Of a DNA stretch of 64,000 nt, positions 29,965 through 37,799 are shown one piece after another. Location of the stretch: the NCBI GenBank assembly GCA_030684355.1, contig JAUXTN010000147.1, forward strand, positions 8,687 to 72,686. The letters run 5' to 3'. The position numbers were made by a program, and so were the translations under genes. Position 1 is the stretch's first letter; each line of letters starts with the position of its first letter. A model generated the notes under the pieces. That model had not been told where the DNA came from. It worked only from the letters and a program-made list of their open reading frames with translations, and did no database searches. The stretch is from Pseudomonadota bacterium. GTDB taxonomy: Bacteria; Myxococcota_A; UBA796; SXON01.

Positions 29965-30326
29965 TCGAGCGCTCCACGCTTCAGGCAGTACACCCACCCC
30001 AGGAAGAGGACGCCGAGGAAGGTGAACATCTCGACGAGCATGAACATCCCCTGGCCCTGGCGCACGAAGTCACGGAAGACGACGGACCAGGGGAAGAGGA
30101 ACACGGCCTCGAGATCGAAGAGAATGAACAAGACGGCCACGAGGTAGAACTTCACGCTGAACCGCTGGTGAGCGGGCGCGATGGAGGGCATGCCGCACTC
30201 GTAGAGCGACACCTTGGTGGCGTTCGGGCGCTGGGGCCCGAAGAACTTGCTCATCGCCACGAAAGCGAGGCTGAACACGATGGCGATGAGCAGCGACACC
30301 ATCACGGGGACGTAGGGATCCACCAC
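29955..30326 (-). CDS. nuoA: NADH-quinone oxidoreductase subunit A
   Basis: [39 protein letters not shown]. The start is GTG, preceded by GGAGG at 6-nt spacing. Confidence 0.93.
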   Translation of the reverse strand: MVDPYVPVMVSLLIAIVFSLAFVAMSKFFGPQRPNATKVSLYECGMPSIAPAHQRFSVKFYLVAVLFILFDLEAVFLFPWSVVFRDFVRQGQGMFMLVEMFTFLGVLFLGWVYCLKRGALEWD

Positions 30327-30346
30327 CTCAGACCTCCGGGCCGGCC

Positions 30347-30375
30347 CGCATATCTCTGCGCGAGTACGGAGTCAA
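30347..30375 (-). promoter_or_regulatory. Candidate sigma-70-type promoter of the nuo operon
   Basis: The minus strand reads TTGACT-N17-TATGCG, about 10 nt upstream of the GGAGG SD of nuoA. The -10 element is poor. Confidence 0.3.
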
Positions 30376-30433
30376 CGGGCATGCTCTGCCCCCGCATGCA
30401 GCCGCGGTCCGTACCCCGTGGTACCCTCTCGGC

Positions 30434-31102
30434 ATGCGCATCCTGGGGCTCGACGAGGCAGGCCGTGGCTCGGTTCTGGGGCCCCTGGTCGTAGGCGGGT
30501 TTGTGTGGGAGGGGGACGACCAGGCCGCGCTCCGCGCCGCCGGCGCCGACGACTCGAAGGCGCTGTCGCACGCCCGCCGGGTGGAGGTCCGGGCCCGGCT
30601 CGCGGACATGGGGCGCGGTGTCGTTCGCGCGATCCAGGCAACCGCCATCGACGACGGCAACGTGAACCGCCTGGAAGAGGAGGCCTTCCTCGACCTCGTG
30701 CGGGCGGAGAAGCCCGACCGCGTCTACCTCGACGCCCCGGTGCACCCCGCCGGGATCCCGAAGCTGCGCGCCCGCCTCGTGGCGATGAGCGGCGTGGAGG
30801 ACTGGGTCGTCGAGTGCAAGGCCGACTCCACCTTCCCCGTCGTCGGCGCCGCGAGCATCTTCGCGAAGGTCGCGCGTGACGCCGCCATCGCCGCGATCGG
30901 CGTGATCACGGTGCAGGACGGCCACGGGCCCATCGGCAGCGGCTACCCCTCCGATCCGGTGACCCGCGCCTTCCTCTCGGGCCGCCTCGCCACCCCCGAT
31001 CCCCTCCCCGCCTTCGTCCGCACGCGGTGGGCAACGCTCGACATCCTCCGCCAGCAGGCGCTCTTCGGCGGTGCTGGCCCGGATCCGCTCCGCGATCGTT
31101 GA
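30434..31102 (+). CDS. rnhB: Ribonuclease HII
   Basis: MRILGLDEAGRGSVLGPLVV (DEAGRG motif) ... ADSTFPVVGAASIFAKVARD ... GSGYPSD. Confidence 0.93.
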   Translation: MRILGLDEAGRGSVLGPLVVGGFVWEGDDQAALRAAGADDSKALSHARRVEVRARLADMGRGVVRAIQATAIDDGNVNRLEEEAFLDLVRAEKPDRVYLDAPVHPAGIPKLRARLVAMSGVEDWVVECKADSTFPVVGAASIFAKVARDAAIAAIGVITVQDGHGPIGSGYPSDPVTRAFLSGRLATPDPLPAFVRTRWATLDILRQQALFGGAGPDPLRDR

Positions 31103-31136
31103 CAGCGGGCGGGAGCGGCGCGCATCCTCCGCCATC

Positions 31137-31616
31137 ATGCTTGCGCTCGCCCTCTCGTCCCTCCTCGGCTGCACCGGCAGCGTCGCCGACGACACCGCGC
31201 TCGACACCGCGCCCGTCGTCGCCACCGGCCCCGGCACCCTCGCCCTCTCCTTCCGGATGGACGACGACTACCTCGCCACCATGGCGAAGGCCGGGGAGAG
31301 CCCCGTCGGGCCCTTCTACGGCTCGTGCTTCAAGGAAGAGGACGCCTCGGCGACCGGCCCGGTCGACGGCGCGGTGCCGCTCTTCGACATCGAGGTCGCG
31401 CTCGACCTCTCCGCGGACGGCGGCCCGACCGGCGTGCTCTACACGACGGAGCCCCTCGAGCCGCAGATCGTCTGGATCCTCGGCTGCCTCGACGCGGATG
31501 CCAACGGCTGCGAAGAGGCCGATCCGATCACGCTCCCGAACGAGAACAAGTTCCAGATCGCCGCCGAGGCGGAGACCCCCATCGAGATCTACTTCGGAAT
31601 GTTGAACCCATCATGA
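31137..31616 (+). CDS. Small lipoprotein, unknown function (first gene of the Cu-monooxygenase operon)
   Basis: Start re-set to ATG 31137 (MLALALSSLLGC lipobox). The stop overlaps the next start as ATGA. No domain recognised. Confidence 0.7.
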   Translation: MLALALSSLLGCTGSVADDTALDTAPVVATGPGTLALSFRMDDDYLATMAKAGESPVGPFYGSCFKEEDASATGPVDGAVPLFDIEVALDLSADGGPTGVLYTTEPLEPQIVWILGCLDADANGCEEADPITLPNENKFQIAAEAETPIEIYFGMLNPS

Positions 31617-32572
31617 TCCTGGCCCTCCTCGCGGCGTGCGACAGCGACCTCCCCGCCACGGACGACACCGCCGCCGTCGACCTCCGTCTCACCGACGCCG
31701 ACTACCCCTCCCCCGCCGCGAACGAGGAGGTGTGGTTCGGGCCCGAGGTGACCATCGCCCCGGGCGCGGACGAGATGTGGTGCGTCGTCGGGACCTACAC
31801 GGGGCCGGACGTCGGCATCCACACCCAGGTCACCTACCAGAACGCGTTCGGGCACCACCTCGTGCTCATGGGCATGACCTCGAGCCCGCTCGATCACCCC
31901 GATGGCGAGGTCTTCGAGTGCACCACGTCGGACCAGTACTCGATGACCGACCTGGAGCCGCTCGTGCTCGCGACCTCCGGCTACGTCGGCGGCACGCAGC
32001 TGGAGAACGAGATCACCATGCCCGAGGGCATGGCGGTCAAGCTCGATAGCGGCCAGCGCTACCTCATCCAGGCGCACTACCTCAACACCGGGACCGAGCC
32101 CTTCGTGGCGCGGGATGCCTTGTTGATGGACTACCTCGACCCCGACACGGAGGTCGACGTGTGGGCGGCCCCGTTCGTGCTCAACAAGGACGACTTCTCC
32201 CTCCCGCCCGGCGAGGCGACCACGGCGTCCTTCGACTGCGAGGCCGAGGCCGATTGGAACGCGCTCTACCTCAACGCCCACATGCACGAGTGGGGGCGCT
32301 CCTTCACGCTCGAGCGCGTGTTGGAGGACGGGAACGAGCCCATCCTCGACATCCCGGAGTGGGACCCCTACTTCCGCGACGCGCCGCCGACCAACTACTA
32401 CGAACCCGGCGAATTCTGGATCCACCAGGGAGACGTGCTGCGGACCACGTGCAACTGGTTCAACGACACGGACGCGGTCATCGAGTTCCCGCACGAGATG
32501 TGCGACTCGGTCGGGCTGGTCTACCCCCAGCTCACGCCCGTAATCTGCAACGGCGGCGGAGCCTCCGAATGA
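31613..32572 (+). CDS. PHM/DBH-like type II copper monooxygenase lipoprotein, paralog 1
   Basis: Start ATG 31613 (MILALLAAC). The ordered motifs are FGHHLVLMG, IQAHYLN, NAHMHEWG and PHEMCDSVGLVY. They parallel the PHM CuH ligands (HH...H) and CuM ligands (HxH...M in an EMC context). Confidence 0.85.
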   Translation: MILALLAACDSDLPATDDTAAVDLRLTDADYPSPAANEEVWFGPEVTIAPGADEMWCVVGTYTGPDVGIHTQVTYQNAFGHHLVLMGMTSSPLDHPDGEVFECTTSDQYSMTDLEPLVLATSGYVGGTQLENEITMPEGMAVKLDSGQRYLIQAHYLNTGTEPFVARDALLMDYLDPDTEVDVWAAPFVLNKDDFSLPPGEATTASFDCEAEADWNALYLNAHMHEWGRSFTLERVLEDGNEPILDIPEWDPYFRDAPPTNYYEPGEFWIHQGDVLRTTCNWFNDTDAVIEFPHEMCDSVGLVYPQLTPVICNGGGASE

Positions 32573-33516
32573 TCACCCTCCTTCTCCTCGCCTGCGCTGC
32601 CGGCCCCACCTCCGACGGCACCCCTGTGGACGACACCGCTGTGGACGACGCCGTGGACCAGCGCCTCTCCTTCGCGGACGTGACCGCCGCCCCCGCCAAC
32701 GGGGAGCAGTGGTACGGCCCCGAGGCCGTGCTCGAGCCCGGAGAGGAGCTCCAGTACTGCCTCTTCGGCACGTATGACGGGCCGGACATCGGCATCTCCA
32801 CCTACGAGTCGTTCCAGTCGGAGATCGGCCACCACCTGATCCTGCTCGGGACCACCGCCTCCGACCTCGACTACCCCGACGGCACCGTGGTCGACTGCAC
32901 GCAGACCAACGACATGATGACCAGCTTCGAGCCGCTCATCAACGCGGAGCCCACCGGCGCCGGGAGCTCCTACATCAACCTGCCCGAGGGGATGGCGGTC
33001 AAGCTCGACCAGGGCCAGCGCTGGGTGGTCCAGGCACACTGGCTCAACTCCACCCCCGAGCGCGTGCGCGTCCGCGACGTGCTGAACATGGGGTACGTCG
33101 CCGAAGACGAGGTCGAGACGTGGGCCGCCGCCTTCGCGCTCACGCAGGTCGACCTCTCGCTCCCCCCGCAGCAGGCCTCGACGCTCACCTTCGATTGCAG
33201 CTTCCCGGCCGACTACAACCTGCTCTACCTGACCGGGCACATGCACGAGAACGGCGAGCGGTTCCGCTTCGAGCTCGGCGACGGCGCGACGATGGAGACC
33301 CTCTACGAGATCGAGGAGTGGGACCCCAGCTACCGCGACGCCCCTCCCCTCACCCACTTCGAGGCCGGCGAGCAGCCGTTCGCGGCGAACACGACGCTGC
33401 GGACGACGTGCGACTGGTACAACGCCACGGACGAGGCCATCGAGTTCCCCAACGAGATGTGCGCGACCTACGGCATGCTCTACCCCTCCCTGAACCCCGT
33501 CGTCTGCTCGGACTGA
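32569..33516 (+). CDS. PHM/DBH-like type II copper monooxygenase lipoprotein, paralog 2
   Basis: Start ATG 32569 (MITLLLLAC), forming an ATGA overlap. Motifs are IGHHLILLG, VQAHWLN, TGHMHENG and PNEMCATYGMLY. It is collinear with paralog 1 along its whole length. Confidence 0.85.
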   Translation: MITLLLLACAAGPTSDGTPVDDTAVDDAVDQRLSFADVTAAPANGEQWYGPEAVLEPGEELQYCLFGTYDGPDIGISTYESFQSEIGHHLILLGTTASDLDYPDGTVVDCTQTNDMMTSFEPLINAEPTGAGSSYINLPEGMAVKLDQGQRWVVQAHWLNSTPERVRVRDVLNMGYVAEDEVETWAAAFALTQVDLSLPPQQASTLTFDCSFPADYNLLYLTGHMHENGERFRFELGDGATMETLYEIEEWDPSYRDAPPLTHFEAGEQPFAANTTLRTTCDWYNATDEAIEFPNEMCATYGMLYPSLNPVVCSD

Positions 33517-33519
33517 ACG

Positions 33520-33915
33520 ATGCTGCTGCTCCTCTTCCTGGCCTGCGCGGGTGCTCCCGCCGATGACACCGGCGAACCCTCCCTCGAGCCCACGCTCACC
33601 AACGTACAGGCCGAGGTATTCACGGCCTCCTGCGCCTTCAGCTCCTGCCACGGCGGCAGCGGCGGCGGCGCGGCGGACCTCGACCTCACGGACGGCGTCT
33701 CCCACGCCGAGCTCGTCGGGATCGAGAGCACGGACGCCCCGGGCGAGATCCTCGTCGTCGCGGGGGACTCCGCGGCGAGCTACCTCGTGAAGAAGTCCGC
33801 GGCGCTGGCCGGGATCGTGGGCGAGCCCATGCCGGACGGAGACGCCGACGGCCTCGACGCCGACCGCCTCGCGCTGCTCACGGCGTGGATCGACGCGGGC
33901 GCACTCGACGACTGA
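33520..33915 (+). CDS. Small lipoprotein with planctomycete-cytochrome-c-like (PSCyt1-like) domain and a CX4CH motif
   Basis: MLLLLFLAC lipobox. VQAEVFTASCAFSSCHGGSGGGAADLDL ... ILVVAGDSAASYLV ... EPMP ... LALLTAWIDAGA follows the PSCyt1 pattern (C..CHG..gGL.L ... ivpG.p..S.l ... MP ... l..WI..GA). The Cys spacing is widened to C-x4-CH. Confidence 0.7.
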   Translation: MLLLLFLACAGAPADDTGEPSLEPTLTNVQAEVFTASCAFSSCHGGSGGGAADLDLTDGVSHAELVGIESTDAPGEILVVAGDSAASYLVKKSAALAGIVGEPMPDGDADGLDADRLALLTAWIDAGALDD

Positions 33916-33929
33916 GGGGCCCTCCCCTC
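33914..33929. terminator. Short GC hairpin in the 19-nt convergent gap (cytochrome-like lipoprotein / rnhA)
   Basis: gagggg-ccct-cccctc forms a 6-bp stem overlapping the TGA stop. There is no U-tract. Confidence 0.35.
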
Positions 33930-33934
33930 GTCGC

Positions 33935-34756
33935 TTAGCGCCGCTTGCTCTCGTCCACGCCCTTCCGGGCGAGGGCGTCCGCGCGCTCGTTCTCCGGCAC
34001 GCCGACGTGCCCGGCGACCCACTCGATCTTCAGGCGCTTCCAGGGCCGCAAGGCGGCCTTCAGCGACGCGATGAGCTCGACGTTCGCCTTCGCCTTCCAC
34101 CCCTTCGTGAGCACGCCGAGGGCGTACTGGGAGTCGGTATAGAGCGCGACGGGCGTCGAGGGATCGACGGCGTTCTCCGTCAGCAGATCCACCGCGAGTT
34201 GGATCGCGGTGAGCTCGCCGATGTTGTTCGTGCCGATGCCGAGCGCCGCGAAGCGCTCGAACACGCGCCCGTCCGGGAGCTTGACCACGGCGCCGCTGCC
34301 GGCCGGGCCGGGGTTGCCGGTGCAGGCCCCGTCGGTGAACGCCATGACCGTGCCCGTGGGGAGCGCCGCGATGCGGCCCTGGGCGTCGGTCGCGGCGGCT
34401 GCCGACTGGGCCGCGGTGCGCGTGCCCGCCTTCCCGAACCCGCTACCCCGCCCGTTCGTGCGCGCGGGGGCCCCCGGCGCGCTCGTGCCCGCGGCGCCAC
34501 GGGAGGCCCCATTGGAGGCCCCGCTGGAAGCCCCGGTGGTGGCCCCGGTGCTCGGCGCCGCCGGCGTCCCCGCGTCCAGGCCCCGGGGCGCGCCGCCCAG
34601 GTCCTTCACGGCGGAGGCCGCGGCCCGGTAGACCTTCGCGCCGGGAGCGTCGCTGTAGCGGATCCCGCGTCGGCCGTCGGCCGCGACCGGCCTCCCCGCA
34701 TCGTCCACCTCGGCCCACACCTTCGTGCCCTTGAAGTCCGCCTCGATCCAATTCAT
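33935..34756 (-). CDS. rnhA: Ribonuclease HI with ~130-aa N-terminal extension
   Basis: The C-terminal domain reads FTDGACTGNPGPAG, NNIGELTAI, LYTDSQYA and GHVGVPENERADALA, giving a DEDD active site. The N-terminal ~50-aa domain and an Ala/Gly/Ser/Thr linker are not the classical hybrid-binding domain. Confidence 0.9.
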   Translation of the reverse strand: MNWIEADFKGTKVWAEVDDAGRPVAADGRRGIRYSDAPGAKVYRAAASAVKDLGGAPRGLDAGTPAAPSTGATTGASSGASNGASRGAAGTSAPGAPARTNGRGSGFGKAGTRTAAQSAAAATDAQGRIAALPTGTVMAFTDGACTGNPGPAGSGAVVKLPDGRVFERFAALGIGTNNIGELTAIQLAVDLLTENAVDPSTPVALYTDSQYALGVLTKGWKAKANVELIASLKAALRPWKRLKIEWVAGHVGVPENERADALARKGVDESKRR

Positions 34757-36922
34757 CTAAGGTTCCACCCGATGCGTCTGTCCCGTCGACGCGACGAACT
34801 CGTACAGGCTGTGGTTGTAGCACCCGGCCGTACACCCCGATGTGTACAGCCCCTCGCGGTGCGCCTGGACCTCCGGCGAATACCACAGCTCGGTCAGCGG
34901 ACGTTCGAACACGTTGCCGACGCGCAGGCCATCCCCGCCCCACACACAACACGGGAGCAGGGCGCCGTCGTAGGTGACACCGAACTGATCGACGAGCCCC
35001 AGGCATCGCATCGGGACGCGCTCGCCGTCGTGGTAGCGCAGGGCCTCGCCGTAGTAGTGCGCGCGCGCGGCCACCTCGCGGTCGTGGCGCCCGATGTGGG
35101 CGACGGCGTCCCGCCAGGCCGCGCGATCGTCGTCGGTCTTGAGGTACAGGTCGGTCGCGTCGTTCACCGGCCAGAAGTCGAAGCCGGCGCCGACCCGCCG
35201 GACCTCCTCCCACACGGGCACGAGCTCCCGCACATTCGTGCGCGTCACGGTGAAGTAGACGTTGACACCCATCTTCCGCTCGTGGCGCACCCGGAGCAGC
35301 GCGCGCCACGTCCGCCCGTGCGCGCCCACCTGCCCCCGGAGGGCGTCGTGGGTGTCGGCGAGGCCGTCCACGCTCAACGACAGGCTGTCCACGCCGGCCG
35401 CGACGAGCGCGTCGTGGTGGCGCTCCACGAGGGTGCCGTTGGTCGTGATGTTCACGCCCATGCCGCGCTCCTTGGCGGCGCGGGCGATCGCGAAGATGCC
35501 GGGGTGCAACAGCGGCTCGCCGCCCGTGAGCACCACGGTGCGGGTGCCGATGGCGCGGGCCTCGTCGAGCAGGCGGATCGCGCGGTCGACCGGGATCTCC
35601 TCCTTGCGGTCCCACAGGTCGCAGAAGGAGCAGCGCAGGTTGCACCCGCGGTTCACGAGCAGGAGCATCGTGAGCGGCTTGCTCGGCTCCCGCGGCGGGA
35701 GGTGGGACTCGATGGAGGCGCGCGGCTCGAAGCGGGTCCGCTCGCCGCGATGCACCTGCCGGTAGGACGCGGTGACCGCGCTCCAGTCCCGAGCGCGCGC
35801 GTAGGCCCGTGCGGCGCGGCCGATGCGACGGCGCCGGTCGGGGTCGTCGAGGAGCGCGCGGACCGCGGCGGGGAAGGCCTCCCGCTCGGCGAACACGATG
35901 TGCTCGTCGTCGCGTACCTCGAGCCCCTCCGCGCCCACCGCCGTGGAGACGACCGGCTTCCCGGCCGCGAAGTACTCCAGGAGCTTCATGCGCGTGCCGC
36001 CGCCCGCGAAGATCGGGCACACGCACACGTCGGCGGCCTCGATGTGGGCAGGCAGGTCGTCGAGCGGGCCGGTGAAGCGCACCCGGTCGGACTCCAGGGC
36101 GCGCGGCGGCGACATCCCGGCCAGGAGCAGGGTGGCCTCGGGGGGCAAGCGCGGCGCGACCTCTTCGACGAGGAAGCGCACGGCGTCCGCGTTGGGGCCG
36201 TAGTGGAGCGTGCCGTGGAAGAACACGACCGGCCCCCCGCCGAGCCCGTAGCGCACGCGCAGATCGACGGGGCGGCCGCCGTAGGCCTCGACGTCGACGC
36301 CGTGGGGCACCACCGACACCCGCGCATCGGGCAGGCCCGCCGCGACGATCCGCCCGCGGTCCGCCTCGGAGACGGCCACCACGCCGTCCATCGCGCGGAG
36401 GAGCGCGACCTCGACCGCTCGGATGCGACGGAGCGCGCGCGCGGGGAGCCCCGCCATCTGCCCGAGCCGATCGAACTCGACGTTGTGCATGACGGCGACC
36501 GCGCGCCCGCCGAGCACGCGCGACGCGAGCCACGCGGGGGCGGCGTAGCCGGGGAACTCGGCCTGGTACACGTCGATGCGCTCGCGCACCCCCACGTAGA
36601 GGGCCCGGGCCCACCACGCGGGGTCGAACACCGGCCGGTAGAGGAAGTGCTCCTCGGGCGGGTAGCCGACGCGAGCGCACCAACGCTCGGCGCGGGCCCC
36701 GTTGCGTAGGAGAGGGGCCTCCTCGAACGCCCGGAACGTCTGCCCGAACGGAACGCGGCGCCACCCCGCGCGCGCCACGGCCCAGTAGGCGTCGCGATCG
36801 TCGGTGATCACGAACACGGTGTCCCCCGCCGCGGCGAGCGCCTCGGCGGTCCGGACGATCTTCACCGCGGCGCCGTGCCAGGTCGGGAACAGATCCCCGC
36901 GGGTCAGGAGAGCGATGCGCAC
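34757..36922 (-). CDS. Fusion protein: GT4-type glycosyltransferase plus radical SAM plus SPASM domain
   Basis: GTG start at 36922 (VRIALLTRGDLFPTWHGAAV), a typical GT4 N-terminus. The GT-B C-lobe is FFHGTLHYGPN...GGGTRMKLLEYFAAGKPVVST. The rSAM motif is LLLVNRGCNLRCSFCDLW. The SPASM-like Cys cluster is MRCLG...LLPCCVWGG...SGCTAGCYN. The track ORF's upstream extension to 37288 was rejected. Confidence 0.85.
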   Translation of the reverse strand: MRIALLTRGDLFPTWHGAAVKIVRTAEALAAAGDTVFVITDDRDAYWAVARAGWRRVPFGQTFRAFEEAPLLRNGARAERWCARVGYPPEEHFLYRPVFDPAWWARALYVGVRERIDVYQAEFPGYAAPAWLASRVLGGRAVAVMHNVEFDRLGQMAGLPARALRRIRAVEVALLRAMDGVVAVSEADRGRIVAAGLPDARVSVVPHGVDVEAYGGRPVDLRVRYGLGGGPVVFFHGTLHYGPNADAVRFLVEEVAPRLPPEATLLLAGMSPPRALESDRVRFTGPLDDLPAHIEAADVCVCPIFAGGGTRMKLLEYFAAGKPVVSTAVGAEGLEVRDDEHIVFAEREAFPAAVRALLDDPDRRRRIGRAARAYARARDWSAVTASYRQVHRGERTRFEPRASIESHLPPREPSKPLTMLLLVNRGCNLRCSFCDLWDRKEEIPVDRAIRLLDEARAIGTRTVVLTGGEPLLHPGIFAIARAAKERGMGVNITTNGTLVERHHDALVAAGVDSLSLSVDGLADTHDALRGQVGAHGRTWRALLRVRHERKMGVNVYFTVTRTNVRELVPVWEEVRRVGAGFDFWPVNDATDLYLKTDDDRAAWRDAVAHIGRHDREVAARAHYYGEALRYHDGERVPMRCLGLVDQFGVTYDGALLPCCVWGGDGLRVGNVFERPLTELWYSPEVQAHREGLYTSGCTAGCYNHSLYEFVASTGQTHRVEP

Positions 36923-36977
36923 CGCTCGAGTGTACCCCGGCGGCGGGTCGGGCCCGACTCCCGCTATACTCTCGGGT

Positions 36978-37799
36978 GTGTCAGCCTCGTCCCCACGCTT
37001 CGTCGTCCTCGGCGGTCCCGTCCCCGAGCGCCTCCGCGCCGATCTCTCCGGTGAGGTCGATCTCCTCGAGGGAGCCGACCTCGTCGATCCCGCGACGGAC
37101 GGCGTCCTCGTCCACGCGCACGCCGAGCTGTTTCCCGCCCTCCGCCGCTTTCGCGACGGGGGGGGCCGGCTACCGATCTTCGGGCTGGCCGAGGGCCCGG
37201 TCGACGTCGACCAGCGCATCCGTTGGATCCGGGAGGGCGCGGACGACCTCCTCGACCTGGAGACCGCCGCGGCGACCCTCTCCCGCAAGCTGCGCGCCGA
37301 GGTGTGGCGGCCTGCCGGTCGGCCGACGCCCCCGACCGAGAACCTGCCCGTGGCCGCCCGCGTCGATCGCTGGCTGACGGCGGCGGGCCGCTACCTGCCG
37401 GCGCGTGAGCTCCTCGTCGAAACCCTCGGCCTGGGCGGACGCAACCGCTACCTCGACTGTGCCTTCCTCCGCGATCAGCTCGTGCGCGCCGGGGACACCG
37501 ACGTCACCGCCGATGTGTTCGGGCAGCGCCGTGGCAGCGAGCGCGAGCCCCTGGGGTGGCCGGTGCAGCTCCTCGCGCCCATCGAGGGGGGCGGCGAGCT
37601 GCTCAACATCGGCGCGGACGGCGCGTGCATCTCGCTCCCGTCCGCCCCGGGCCCGGGCGAGCGCCTCCACGTGCGCATCGAGGGGACCAACGTGGCCGCC
37701 ACCATGGAGCTCGAGGTGCGCTGGCGCCGCCGCGTCTCGCGCGATCGGTGGCAGGTCGGCGCATTCGGGATCGCCTGCTCCGTCGCGCGGGACGTGTGA
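36978..37799 (+). CDS. Degenerate receiver-like domain plus PilZ domain protein
   Basis: GTG 36978 (VSASSPRFVVLGG...GADDLL is receiver-like but has no obvious phospho-acceptor Asp). The C-terminal RRGSEREPLGWPVQLL...LLNIGADGACISLP resembles the PilZ RxxxR / D-x-S-x-x-G elements. The start is uncertain. Confidence 0.55.
   Translation: MSASSPRFVVLGGPVPERLRADLSGEVDLLEGADLVDPATDGVLVHAHAELFPALRRFRDGGGRLPIFGLAEGPVDVDQRIRWIREGADDLLDLETAAATLSRKLRAEVWRPAGRPTPPTENLPVAARVDRWLTAAGRYLPARELLVETLGLGGRNRYLDCAFLRDQLVRAGDTDVTADVFGQRRGSEREPLGWPVQLLAPIEGGGELLNIGADGACISLPSAPGPGERLHVRIEGTNVAATMELEVRWRRRVSRDRWQVGAFGIACSVARDV

Noticed and set aside
30379-30399. Two GCATGC palindromes 9 nt apart in the nuoA/rnhB divergent region, as a possible operator or hairpin.
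   Set aside because: The stem is only 6 bp with a 9-nt loop. The motif is self-complementary and short, so chance occurrence is plausible. There is no supporting repeat elsewhere in the window.
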